Shown here: positions 39,853 to 48,706 of the stretch, one piece after another
Layout: each line of letters opens with the position of its first letter
Numbering within the stretch: position 1 is the first letter of the stretch
Origin: a virus
Lineage: Duplodnaviria; Caudoviricetes
IMG/VR virus record: IMGVR_UViG_3300010346_001007
Location: 32,001-96,000 of that record
DNA length: 64,000 bases
Strand: one strand, 5' to 3'
Notes under the pieces: model-generated
Databases searched by the model: none
What the model saw: the letters and a program-made list of their open reading frames with translations, nothing else
What the model was told of the DNA's origin: nothing
Position numbers and translations under genes: made by a program

Positions 39853-40866
39853 CTAGCTCTCTTTATATTTTTCGTTAATAATTTTTCCACTCCAGAATTT
39901 TTCTAATACTTCACTTCTAAAGTTTTCTTTTGGTCTTACGACAATGCCTTCGGCGGGACCGCCCGTTGGATATTGTAATTCATTGGCTAAATTAACCAAT
40001 TCATCAATATTATATCCAAATGCGTTTCCTTCATTTACCAACGTAACCATTGGCAAGTCAAATTCATCGCAAAATTTAACCATTTGCTCGTAATCAAAAT
40101 AAATACGTTCTGTAATATCAAAAATGTTGAAAATATGCAATTCCAAATCTTTTAATCCGAGGCGGTTTTGCTGTATTTGTGGCCCACAAACTTCACCTTG
40201 AATTGCTATACTCCGATTTGGAAAGGCTTTTCTTAGTATATTTTCTAAATCATATTTTCGGGCAATTCGCCAGAATCCGTTGGTATCACTAGGTTTTAGC
40301 CAAATTTTCCGGCTGCACACACCAAATTCTGAACCATGTAGGAAGAAAGTTCCACTACACCCATCATCTTTACGAGTGATATAATATGGTCGTCCCCACA
40401 TTTCTTCTAATGCTTTGGGATAAGACCGTAAATTATCTTCATCTGTCATGATTATGAATCCAGGCAAAATTCCATAGGCCATTCCTGACAATTGGACTGG
40501 AAGGGGTTTTTCATATTTTCTAACGCCAATCCATTTTGTGACATCAGTTCCTTCTGCGATAGGACCTTTTAAGTCATAATCAAAATTTGGAAGTATAGAT
40601 AGCGGAAATACAATACCTGCCGATTCTTTTCCTCGCAATTTAATTGACCGGATTCGAAAATTTTTGTTTCTCAAAAATTCAAATTCGGGCCGTTCAGGTA
40701 ATACGGCATCGATAGCAATATATACAACCAAGTCATTTTCCTTAAACTCTCCCCGCTTGGTAATAACTTGCCAACCTAAAACTTTTGCCACATCCAGTGA
40801 ATCGGCATTAGAATGGGGTTGCACGTCATATATTCGTTGAATTGTTGCTAAATTTTCGTCATTCAT
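39853..40866 (-). CDS. ATP-dependent RNA ligase (DRB0094/Rnl5-like)
   Basis: N-terminal OB module HSNADSL..GWQV; KDDGCS (motif I), QGEVCG, FNIFD, EGIVVR. Confidence 0.88.
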   Translation of the reverse strand: MNDENLATIQRIYDVQPHSNADSLDVAKVLGWQVITKRGEFKENDLVVYIAIDAVLPERPEFEFLRNKNFRIRSIKLRGKESAGIVFPLSILPNFDYDLKGPIAEGTDVTKWIGVRKYEKPLPVQLSGMAYGILPGFIIMTDEDNLRSYPKALEEMWGRPYYITRKDDGCSGTFFLHGSEFGVCSRKIWLKPSDTNGFWRIARKYDLENILRKAFPNRSIAIQGEVCGPQIQQNRLGLKDLELHIFNIFDITERIYFDYEQMVKFCDEFDLPMVTLVNEGNAFGYNIDELVNLANELQYPTGGPAEGIVVRPKENFRSEVLEKFWSGKIINEKYKES

Positions 40867-40893
40867 AATTTTCTATCCATCAGGATATGCCAC

Positions 40894-40921
40894 ATTGTAC
40901 CTATTCCCGGCAAAAAGTCAA
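40894..40921 (-). promoter_or_regulatory. sigma70-type promoter for the RNA-repair operon
   Basis: Minus strand TTGACT-N16-TACAAT. Confidence 0.55.
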
Positions 40922-41086
40922 TCTCATTATAGAGATTTTATTTTACCGTTTTTTTAGTGCAATAGAAATTATCCTAAGTTTATAATAAATATACCGCACT
41001 TTTAAAAAAAGTCAAGAGGGGTTTTCTTTGAAAAATTATATAAAAAGTTGACGGTAAAAAAGAAATGTGATAAAGTATGCAATAAT

Positions 41087-41614
41087 ATGAGTGATAATGT
41101 TTTGAGAATTCCTTCATGGGATGAACAATTTCTACACGATGTTTATTGGTGGGCAAGACGTTCTAAAGACCCCCGAACAAAAATCGGGGCGGTTTTAGTT
41201 AAACCTGATGGAAGAATTCCTTTTTCACATGCTTACAATGGATTTGCTAGAAAAGTAAATGACGAAGATGGATTCCGGTGGAAAAGTCCAGAAAAATATG
41301 AATGGGTTGTTCATGCCGAAGAAAATGCTATTCTTAATTGTGCCCGAGAGGGGCACTGTTCAAAGGGTGCTATACTTTATACTCAAGGAATTCCGTGTAC
41401 TAGATGTACAGATGCTTGTATTCAGGGAGGAATTTCAGAAATAGTAGTGCATAAACAATGGCAAATATATGAAAAAGAATTGGGATGGGATAAATGGATT
41501 GATTCAGCCAAGCGTTCTGAAATAAAACTTGCCGAAGCCGGAATTAAAGTTCGTGTTTTTGATGGAATTCTAGGAGTAAAAGCAATGTTAGCTGGACATA
41601 TTATTGAAGTATAA
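41087..41614 (+). CDS. dCMP deaminase
   Basis: SKDP.TKIGA, YNG, HAEENA, PCTRC. Confidence 0.9.
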   Translation: MSDNVLRIPSWDEQFLHDVYWWARRSKDPRTKIGAVLVKPDGRIPFSHAYNGFARKVNDEDGFRWKSPEKYEWVVHAEENAILNCAREGHCSKGAILYTQGIPCTRCTDACIQGGISEIVVHKQWQIYEKELGWDKWIDSAKRSEIKLAEAGIKVRVFDGILGVKAMLAGHIIEV

Positions 41615-41651
41615 AGATTTTAATCGCAGTAAATATATTAATAAACAAATT

Positions 41652-42083
41652 ATGAAAATATCTATAGATCAAATTGAAGCGACATTATTGGAACGTAAAA
41701 TTGAACCCGTGAAGGTTCAAGAAATTATACGTGAACTTACTAAAGCTGCTCAGGAAGAAGCCGAAGAACGGCGAGAAAATGCTAGTCCTAAACAAAAATG
41801 GGAACATATTATTATTGTCAGTGACCCCGACCAAAAATTGGATGAGAATTTTACCGGATGGGTGGTGCAACAAAAAGAAGGTGAAGATGCTGGGGAAATC
41901 ATATCAAAGCTAACAGATGCAGCTAGAAATCAAAATGAAATGGCAAAAAGAAAGAAGATGGTAATTAAAACCTTTGGTGAAATTTTCGAATTTCTTAAAT
42001 CAAAATGGATTAAAGATGAAGGATTAAGAATTAAAACAAAAATTCCCGTTAGAGTATTAACCATTAACAATAATTCATTGTAA
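41652..42083 (+). CDS. hypothetical protein
   Basis: ORF followed by a terminator. Confidence 0.6.
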   Translation: MKISIDQIEATLLERKIEPVKVQEIIRELTKAAQEEAEERRENASPKQKWEHIIIVSDPDQKLDENFTGWVVQQKEGEDAGEIISKLTDAARNQNEMAKRKKMVIKTFGEIFEFLKSKWIKDEGLRIKTKIPVRVLTINNNSL

Positions 42084-42101
42084 TTAATACTATTTATATC
42101 T

Positions 42102-42129
42102 GCCCCCGATTATTCGGGGGCTTTTTTTT
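42102..42129 (+). terminator. intrinsic terminator
   Basis: GCCCCCGA-TTAT-TCGGGGGC followed by T8. Confidence 0.85.
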
Positions 42130-42178
42130 GTATAAATTGAGGATTTTTATAAATTTTGATATATTTATATGCAGTATT

Positions 42179-43060
42179 ATGAATGATCCTGAAATTTATC
42201 TTATTGAACCATATAATGCTTATTTGCCTAAAAGAAAACGGCACTGGCATGATATTGTAGCCGAACAAGAATTGTATGCAAGAATTTTAGCGGAAGCTAA
42301 TCGTAATGCAACGTTGGCACCTAATATGCCAGATCAAGCAATGCCCCCGATACAACCTATTCCTCCGGCGGCGGGTGGAGGATCACCAGCGCCGGAGTTT
42401 TTTACTCCCGATATGGATGCAGAGTTTGACTTTATCCAATCGATTGATACAGGATCGGCCCCAGCATTAGTCACATTTAATTTTAGTGGAGATTCAATAT
42501 TTCGAGAAGTTGGTTCATTAAATGTAGAATGGGATTTTGGCGATGGCACTGTAGGTACAGGATTTGATGTACAACATTGGTTTAATACTACTGGAAGCAA
42601 TGCAAATAATGAATTTGATGTAACTATGTCGGTATATGCTAAAGTAGATCTTTCAAAATCTGCTTCGGTAGAAAAAACTATACAAATCAATCCGCCAACT
42701 GTTGTTGCGGCATTTACTCTTGGTTCTCCTGCCACATTAACTGGAAATTATTATACGGCTTCGGCGGGACAATCTATTCCATTTATAAATGGAACAGTAA
42801 CTAATAATCCGTTAAATCCAATTACTTATTTATGGAATTTCGGAAGTGGTTCGGAACCAGATACAAGTAATGCAGTTAATCCTCACTATTCATATGCAGA
42901 TGCAGGAGATTATACGGTGACATTACAAGCCACGGGGTCATTTGGGATAATGAGTGCCGGAACTCGAAAAATCCAAATTGTAGAAGCCGAAGAAAACGGC
43001 AACGGTGAAGAAAATGGCAACCCCGTTCATCCGCCGCCCGGACCGGTGTTGCCGCCCTGA
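42179..43060 (+). CDS. PKD-domain protein, probably virion-associated
   Basis: Two PKD repeats (WDFGDG; WNFGSG..NPHYSYADAGDYTVTL). Confidence 0.8.
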   Translation: MNDPEIYLIEPYNAYLPKRKRHWHDIVAEQELYARILAEANRNATLAPNMPDQAMPPIQPIPPAAGGGSPAPEFFTPDMDAEFDFIQSIDTGSAPALVTFNFSGDSIFREVGSLNVEWDFGDGTVGTGFDVQHWFNTTGSNANNEFDVTMSVYAKVDLSKSASVEKTIQINPPTVVAAFTLGSPATLTGNYYTASAGQSIPFINGTVTNNPLNPITYLWNFGSGSEPDTSNAVNPHYSYADAGDYTVTLQATGSFGIMSAGTRKIQIVEAEENGNGEENGNPVHPPPGPVLPP

Positions 43061-43140
43061 TGCCGAAGAAAACGGCAACGGTGAAGAAAATGGCAACGGT
43101 GAGGAAAATGGTAATGGGGAAGAAATCGGCAATGGAGAGG
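42986..43140 (+). repeat. 18-nt EENGNG-coding repeats spanning the frame change
   Basis: GCCGAAGAAAACGGCAACGGTGAAGAAAATGGCAAC at 42986 and 43062, followed by degenerate copies. Confidence 0.8.
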
Positions 43141-43535
43141 ATTTAGGAAAGCCGAAAAATGTATCTGCTAGAACTCCCGAATTTTACATCGATTTGGGTG
43201 GTGAATCTTCTGTATATGACGGGGGCATTATCGATCTTGGAGAGGGAGTAGATACAATTGCACCGCAGGATTTTGTAATAAGGAGTACGGACTTTCCGAT
43301 GACAATTATAAAAATAGAATTTGTCGGTGAAAATTCCGAAGATTTTGACTTGGCTCTTCCAAATGGACAGGATCCATCAGATATGGAATATGAAATGACT
43401 GCCGAAGGATATACGATTACAATTGGTGCTTCACTTAATGAAGGCCCGGAAGGAAAAACTACTACTTTAATAATTACTCCAGCGGTAGGAGAACCTTTTT
43501 CTGTAACAATAACTGCAACTTTTCAACAAGAATAA
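43056..43535 (+). CDS. Ig-like domain; probable +1 frameshift extension of the PKD protein
   Basis: Open +1 frame from CCT GAT at 43056; no convincing own start; beta-rich acidic domain. Confidence 0.55.
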   Translation, partial: PDAEENGNGEENGNGEENGNGEEIGNGEDLGKPKNVSARTPEFYIDLGGESSVYDGGIIDLGEGVDTIAPQDFVIRSTDFPMTIIKIEFVGENSEDFDLALPNGQDPSDMEYEMTAEGYTITIGASLNEGPEGKTTTLIITPAVGEPFSVTITATFQQE

Positions 43536-43538
43536 TAT

Positions 43539-45041
43539 ATGACTGATACAAAAGTAATTATAAACTGGACTTATGATGGTAATTCACATGATGGGTTTAA
43601 GCTACTCCGTTCAACCGATGGCGGTAGTACTTGGCCTGTTACTATTGATATTTCGGAACCTACCGATAGAACATATGAAGATAATGATATATTGTTAGGA
43701 GAAACTTATCATTATAAATTAGCCGCTTATAAAGGTGAAACTACTGGGAATTATAGTGATCCTGTCCAAGTAACTATTACAATTAATGTAAATACTCTTA
43801 CATTTACTGTAACCGCACAACCAGATACTAAAGAATTTGACGGCAATACGGATTCTTCTAAATCGCCAATTGTAGTAGGGAAATTTTATAAAGGAGATTC
43901 GGGTACTTTTTCTCAACATTTTGATAGTCCAAAAATTAGTGAATATGCTAATATAACTCCAACCAGTTCAATAAACAATATATCTGAAAAAGAATATGAT
44001 TGTGAATTTATAGATGCTGAGGGTGAAATTACTTGGGATAGAGGAAATAGTACAGATATTATTGTTGTGCCAACTGATTTAAATATGTTACTGGGCGAAG
44101 GAGATCCTGAAGTTGGGATTGGAAATGAATTTCGAATGACTTATGGAACTAAATTTGTTGCCTTTAGTACTGCAACTGTTGAGGAATCTGAAGTTACATA
44201 TATGTTAACTTCTTCCAATGCAATAGATTGGGGAATTGGATATGAATTGGATAAGGAAATTTATCCCCAACAAGTTTTATTTACTGGACCTCATGGATTT
44301 ATTATGACCTATGGATACGACGAAAATGGTATTTTTATATATTATCTTATAGGAGAAAATGGGAATGACTCCGACTTTGACACTATTGATTATGATGGTA
44401 ATGTATCTGATCTTATTTATACAAGTGATGGATGGGTAGGATGTGGCACAAACAAATCAATAATAAATGTTAATAATAATTTCGTATCGGCGGTTTATCA
44501 AGTAAATAATGATGCAGGAAACAATGACCGATTAAATGGCGTTGTGTATGTTGGAGGAAAATATTATGTGGCATCCGAAGATAATGACGTAAATATAATA
44601 GATCCTTTTCATTCACAAGGAATTTATGTTTCAACGGATTTACAATCATGGAGTACAATAACCGTTGATGGTGTTAATCCCGGAGAATTTCCGGCTCTTA
44701 GAGGAATCGCATATGGAGATGGTAAAATAGTAGCTGTGGGGCAAGCGGGAACTGTTATTACCTCGTCAAATGGAACAGACTGGAAAATGCTTTCGCTTCC
44801 AGATTTAATTTCAATGCCCGATAATGAGAATTTCAAACTTCCATTAGAATCCATATCTTGGAATTCGGAGAATTCGTATTTTATAATAACTAATGGATAT
44901 GGATATGTTTATAAGACTTCCGATTTAGAATCATTTGAACTTATTGGAACATACGATGGAATGTTTCAAAATTTTGAACAATCCAATTATTTTTCTAATA
45001 TAGATAAAACGGTAATTTATGGCGCTCCCGGCGGGAGTTGA
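43539..45041 (+). CDS. Fn3 + YDG-like + beta-propeller protein (probable virion fibre/adhesin)
   Basis: W..GFKLLRS..YED..YHYKLAAY (Fn3); KEFDGNT; IAYGDGKIVAVG, TSSNGTDW repeats. Confidence 0.7.
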   Translation: MTDTKVIINWTYDGNSHDGFKLLRSTDGGSTWPVTIDISEPTDRTYEDNDILLGETYHYKLAAYKGETTGNYSDPVQVTITINVNTLTFTVTAQPDTKEFDGNTDSSKSPIVVGKFYKGDSGTFSQHFDSPKISEYANITPTSSINNISEKEYDCEFIDAEGEITWDRGNSTDIIVVPTDLNMLLGEGDPEVGIGNEFRMTYGTKFVAFSTATVEESEVTYMLTSSNAIDWGIGYELDKEIYPQQVLFTGPHGFIMTYGYDENGIFIYYLIGENGNDSDFDTIDYDGNVSDLIYTSDGWVGCGTNKSIINVNNNFVSAVYQVNNDAGNNDRLNGVVYVGGKYYVASEDNDVNIIDPFHSQGIYVSTDLQSWSTITVDGVNPGEFPALRGIAYGDGKIVAVGQAGTVITSSNGTDWKMLSLPDLISMPDNENFKLPLESISWNSENSYFIITNGYGYVYKTSDLESFELIGTYDGMFQNFEQSNYFSNIDKTVIYGAPGGS

Positions 45042-45096
45042 ACCCACAACCTGCGGATTAGAAGTCCGCCGCTCTATCCAATTGAGCTACGGGAGC
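45020..45096 (-). tRNA. trnR: tRNA-Arg(UCU) with encoded CCA
   Basis: Reverse complement GCTCCCGTAGCTCAATTGGATAGAGCGGCGGACTTCTAATCCGCAGGTTGTGGGTTCAACTCCCGCCGGGAGCGCCA forms a cloverleaf with anticodon TCT. Confidence 0.95.
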
Positions 45097-45102
45097 TATT
45101 AA

Positions 45103-45294
45103 TTATTTAGCGGATTGGTCTGGATTGCCTATTTCATCCAAAAGGAATTCTTTTTCCGCTTCCCACCAGTCCCGCAATTCTTGCCGGACTGGTGTTTTCA
45201 ATTTAGCGTGTTGAATTCCAATCGCCATAATCTCCATTAGAGAATCAAAGTGTTCGGCTGGAAAATGAATAGTAATATCAGGTTTATTGCTCAT
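45103..45294 (-). CDS. hypothetical protein
   Basis: 63-aa ORF upstream of the tRNA. Confidence 0.55.
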   Translation of the reverse strand: MSNKPDITIHFPAEHFDSLMEIMAIGIQHAKLKTPVRQELRDWWEAEKEFLLDEIGNPDQSAK

Positions 45295-45429
45295 TTTTAT
45301 TTTTTTCTTTTGACTCTTTACGAGTTACAATAAGTTTAAATATCAGGTTATTCATTTCAGATAATGATTTATTTAATTCTGATAATGCATCATTATAATT
45401 TTTTATTGATTTTGTTAAGTGGTCTTTCT

Positions 45430-46122
45430 TCATATAAATGAAATGTAAGATTTTGAAAGTTTCTTGGGATACATTTGTACTGCATATCCCGACATTTTGA
45501 GATAATCATAAATTCTTTTGCAAGTCCATCCGGACCCACACCGCCGCTTAATGGCAGATTGTATTTGTTTTATAGTGGGGTATGTCTTTCGTTTATGACA
45601 ATTACTTATATATGTATCAATTCTTTGGGCCACCGGATCTTTTTGTTTGCAACATCCATCATCACTTAACATGGAAAAATGGGGAACAATATTTGCATCG
45701 GTTTTAACCGTACACTTATCTCCAGTGTGAGTGTAGGAAACACACTCGGTATGGGGTTGTTCGGGTGCATCCGCTGGTTCGGGTTGGTCAACGAGTTCGG
45801 GTTGAATAGCGGGGTCACGACAAAAATCTCGGCTGACAAAATATTCATTGAACATTCCATTAAATTTACGACTTAATGGGCAGGGACAAAGAAATAGCTG
45901 GGCATCCCACATTTCATTAAAGAGCGTTCGTACTTTATCATGTGAAATATCATATTTAAAGGGCGCACCAGTAACCATTGCATCGGGAATATCCCATTCT
46001 CCACTGGCCGTTTTTTCTCGGATTGTCCGAGTAATATCGTGGACACTAAAAGTTTTATCGTTTTCAGCAAATTCTTTAATTTGAATTAGAATTGCACTTT
46101 GAAGGGTAATTACTTTACACAT
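45430..46122 (-). CDS. hypothetical protein, possibly with winged-helix domains
   Basis: FSVHDITRTIR and PTIKQIQSAIKR helical segments. Confidence 0.55.
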   Translation of the reverse strand: MCKVITLQSAILIQIKEFAENDKTFSVHDITRTIREKTASGEWDIPDAMVTGAPFKYDISHDKVRTLFNEMWDAQLFLCPCPLSRKFNGMFNEYFVSRDFCRDPAIQPELVDQPEPADAPEQPHTECVSYTHTGDKCTVKTDANIVPHFSMLSDDGCCKQKDPVAQRIDTYISNCHKRKTYPTIKQIQSAIKRRCGSGWTCKRIYDYLKMSGYAVQMYPKKLSKSYISFI

Positions 46123-46162
46123 ATATTTTATTTTTATTGTTGGTATTTCTATGTTATGTCGA

Positions 46163-46191
46163 CATTATACACATTCTGCGGAGAAAGTCAA
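46163..46191 (-). promoter_or_regulatory. sigma70-type promoter
   Basis: Minus strand TTGACT-N16-TATAAT. Confidence 0.6.
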
Positions 46192-46292
46192 TCCTTAACA
46201 TTTTTTTGACAATACTCACACGTAAATCCATTTCTCGAATGCCACCATTTATGTTAACAATTTGTATTTTGCACTTTCTATTTTTTATATTT

Positions 46293-46832
46293 TTAATTTC
46301 TTCCTTCGGCACCACAAATTTGACAAGTATATTTCATTTTGGTAATATATTCAGTTAGCTTTACATTAGTGTCTATACCTTTATCCCATTGATGAATACA
46401 TTGGTTTTGGAGTTTTTGTATTTTTCTTTGTATTTCCTTTACTTTCTTTTCTAAGGGATGAATCATATCTTGAATTTTTTTATTTATTTTAAAAATTTCC
46501 ATATCTAATGTTTCAATGGAAGTTTTAATTTCGTCGGGGTTAAATTTAATTTTTTTAAGTTTAATTGTGCCATCATTATAAAAATATGTTATATTACTAG
46601 ACCAACCAATATCACGAATAGTGTTATGTTTAATTTCGGCCCACACCCGACCCTTTTCCGAATCAAATCCGATATAAGTAATTCGCCCAATGACTTCTTT
46701 TTTATAATTTCTATCATACCATGAAACAACATCTCCAATTTTAAATGGAAAATTGTTTATTGCGTCTTCTTCAATTTTTTTTAATTCAGCTTTTAATTTT
46801 TTATAATTAGGAACTTCGTATTTTTTATTCAT
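46293..46832 (-). CDS. hypothetical protein with SH3-like region, coiled coil and Zn ribbon
   Basis: PFKIGDVV; CIHQW..CQICG. Confidence 0.55.
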   Translation of the reverse strand: MNKKYEVPNYKKLKAELKKIEEDAINNFPFKIGDVVSWYDRNYKKEVIGRITYIGFDSEKGRVWAEIKHNTIRDIGWSSNITYFYNDGTIKLKKIKFNPDEIKTSIETLDMEIFKINKKIQDMIHPLEKKVKEIQRKIQKLQNQCIHQWDKGIDTNVKLTEYITKMKYTCQICGAEGRN

Positions 46833-46833
46833 A

Positions 46834-48093
46834 TTATTTACATTCAATTAAGTGAGTTATTTTAACCTGGCTATTTCGATAAACAACCAATTCATCGTGA
46901 TATAAACTATATCCCTTTTTGGCCCAAATAGAATCATATCCCGAATGGTTTTTTGTGCCAGAATGTACAGTTTTAATTTTTCCCATTGCAAATTTACAGA
47001 TAAACAACCAACCCGATTCTCCTACACCACCCTGTCCCCATCGGCCAAAAGTATAACCTAAAGATTTAGAAGAATTGATGGCCCCATAAATACCATTGCC
47101 AAACATGCTCCCGGCAATAGAAGCGGTACTCGGAGGACGTATTTTCAATCCCGACTTCAATATACTTAAACAATTAGCCTGAGAAGTACCATGAAATACT
47201 TCAACGATGGGAGTTAAAGTTGATTCAAAGGCGGCGGTCATTTCATGGATATTTACTTGATAAATTTCCCGGATTTTAACCTTATCATATCCATGCATTT
47301 TCCTTTTACTGGATGTAAAGAATTTTTCAAGCCGCCTTCTTTCTGAATCATCGGTCAAAATATCCAAATCTACCTTAAAGATTTTTTCTTGGGGTGAATT
47401 TGATTTATTTGAAGAATCTGATTTTGTAAGGGCCATATAAGACGATTCTAGTGCATCCAACAAATCATTTTGTTTTTGCAGAGATAATTCTCCTGGAATA
47501 AGCGTTTCACAATCGAATTTTCTCATTCCTATATTTTGAGGAATAAGTCGCAAATATTGATTTAACAAATCATCCGCTTCTTTGTTATAGTTTTGGGCTC
47601 GAACATGAACAGAAAGCTTGGCTAATAGATTTCGAGCTTCTTCGATACCTTCCATCGTTACAATGCCCATGGGAGTCGAAAATAATCCTGTTTTCGAACT
47701 GTATGTAATTTGCGTGTCCTGAGTAATACGATGGATATTAGATTTTACAAGCTGATCAATCAATCGTTCTAATTTGGGGGATGATGATTTAACGAGTTGA
47801 GTTCGAGCAATAGAATGTAAATCTTTATTTTTAACCGACGTTCCTGCGGAGACTTCTTTATTACCGTTTCCAATGGTTTTTAAATAGGTATATCCTTTTT
47901 TTAATTTTTCTTGAATTTTTTTATCGAAATATTTTTCACCCCGATTCCATTGGCCCGAATCTCCCTTATATCCCACCCGCCCCCAGGTGGCTTTAACGGT
48001 TCCATCATCGAACAATTGGCCCGTCCACCACTTGTTTGAATTAACTTTGGCTTCGGCTTTAATTAATTTGACTTCACGAATTAGCGTTGACAT
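46834..48093 (-). CDS. poly(ADP-ribose) polymerase-like protein (WGR + regulatory + catalytic domains)
   Basis: WGRVG; YLRLIPQ; FHGT, GSMFGNGIYGA, SKSLGY, YDS, HDELVVY (H-Y-E triad). Confidence 0.88.
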   Translation of the reverse strand: MSTLIREVKLIKAEAKVNSNKWWTGQLFDDGTVKATWGRVGYKGDSGQWNRGEKYFDKKIQEKLKKGYTYLKTIGNGNKEVSAGTSVKNKDLHSIARTQLVKSSSPKLERLIDQLVKSNIHRITQDTQITYSSKTGLFSTPMGIVTMEGIEEARNLLAKLSVHVRAQNYNKEADDLLNQYLRLIPQNIGMRKFDCETLIPGELSLQKQNDLLDALESSYMALTKSDSSNKSNSPQEKIFKVDLDILTDDSERRRLEKFFTSSKRKMHGYDKVKIREIYQVNIHEMTAAFESTLTPIVEVFHGTSQANCLSILKSGLKIRPPSTASIAGSMFGNGIYGAINSSKSLGYTFGRWGQGGVGESGWLFICKFAMGKIKTVHSGTKNHSGYDSIWAKKGYSLYHDELVVYRNSQVKITHLIECK

Positions 48094-48145
48094 AACTTTG
48101 AGAAAATTCAAGGTTTTTGAATTGTCTAATTCTCATATTTCCCTC

Positions 48146-48174
48146 ATTATACTGATTTTTTCGGGACAAGTCAA
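48146..48174 (-). promoter_or_regulatory. sigma70-type promoter of the PARP gene
   Basis: Minus strand TTGACT-N17-TATAAT. Confidence 0.65.
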
Positions 48175-48476
48175 CAACTTTTTTAGAATTCAAAGAGAAT
48201 CTGAAATGGAACGTACTTGGCTATTTTTTGGTTTTAACCGAAGTAAAAATAGCTGCATTGTAAGATTTCTTTTTGAACGGGGAGAATCGTTTAAATAATA
48301 ATGAAAAAATCGTCCTTTACCAACTTGTTGTCCAACTGGGTCCAATTAAAGATATGGGTGAGATTGGTCTGTATAATATTTTTGCAGATAATAATAACAG
48401 TTTTTATTAGGTCGTATAGGTATTCCATGCTTTCGGCAAGGTCGCATTAAAGTTTTTGTGCGTTTAATCTTAAAGG

Positions 48477-48698
48477 GGGCAGATGGTTCCAATTACTTAT
48501 ATTATATATAATATTCGAAGAGATTTAAGGATTAATTTTTTATCGTTAAACTTTGAATATTTGAGATTTTAGTTTTGATCCCGCAGGTTCGGGGTAATCT
48601 TTCTCTTTCTCTTTGGGAGTATCATCGTAAGACGATAAATGCATATCATTAGATACAGAAAATATTATATAAAATATGTTCATCTTTCCCATCTGCCC
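48477..48698 (-). ncRNA. candidate structured ncRNA downstream of the DIP1984-like gene
   Basis: Ends pair as GGGCAGATGG/CCATCTGCCC; second helix 48499-48515 with 48661-48677; internal hairpins; no ORF. Confidence 0.6.
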
Positions 48699-48706
48699 AA
48701 AATATA

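Noticed and set aside
42986-43140. 36-nt direct repeats as a mini CRISPR array
   Set aside because: They are built from codon-degenerate 18-nt units encoding an EENGNG linker
48180-48470. Possible ORFs between the PARP promoter and the candidate ncRNA
   Set aside because: Only short frames without convincing starts or motifs
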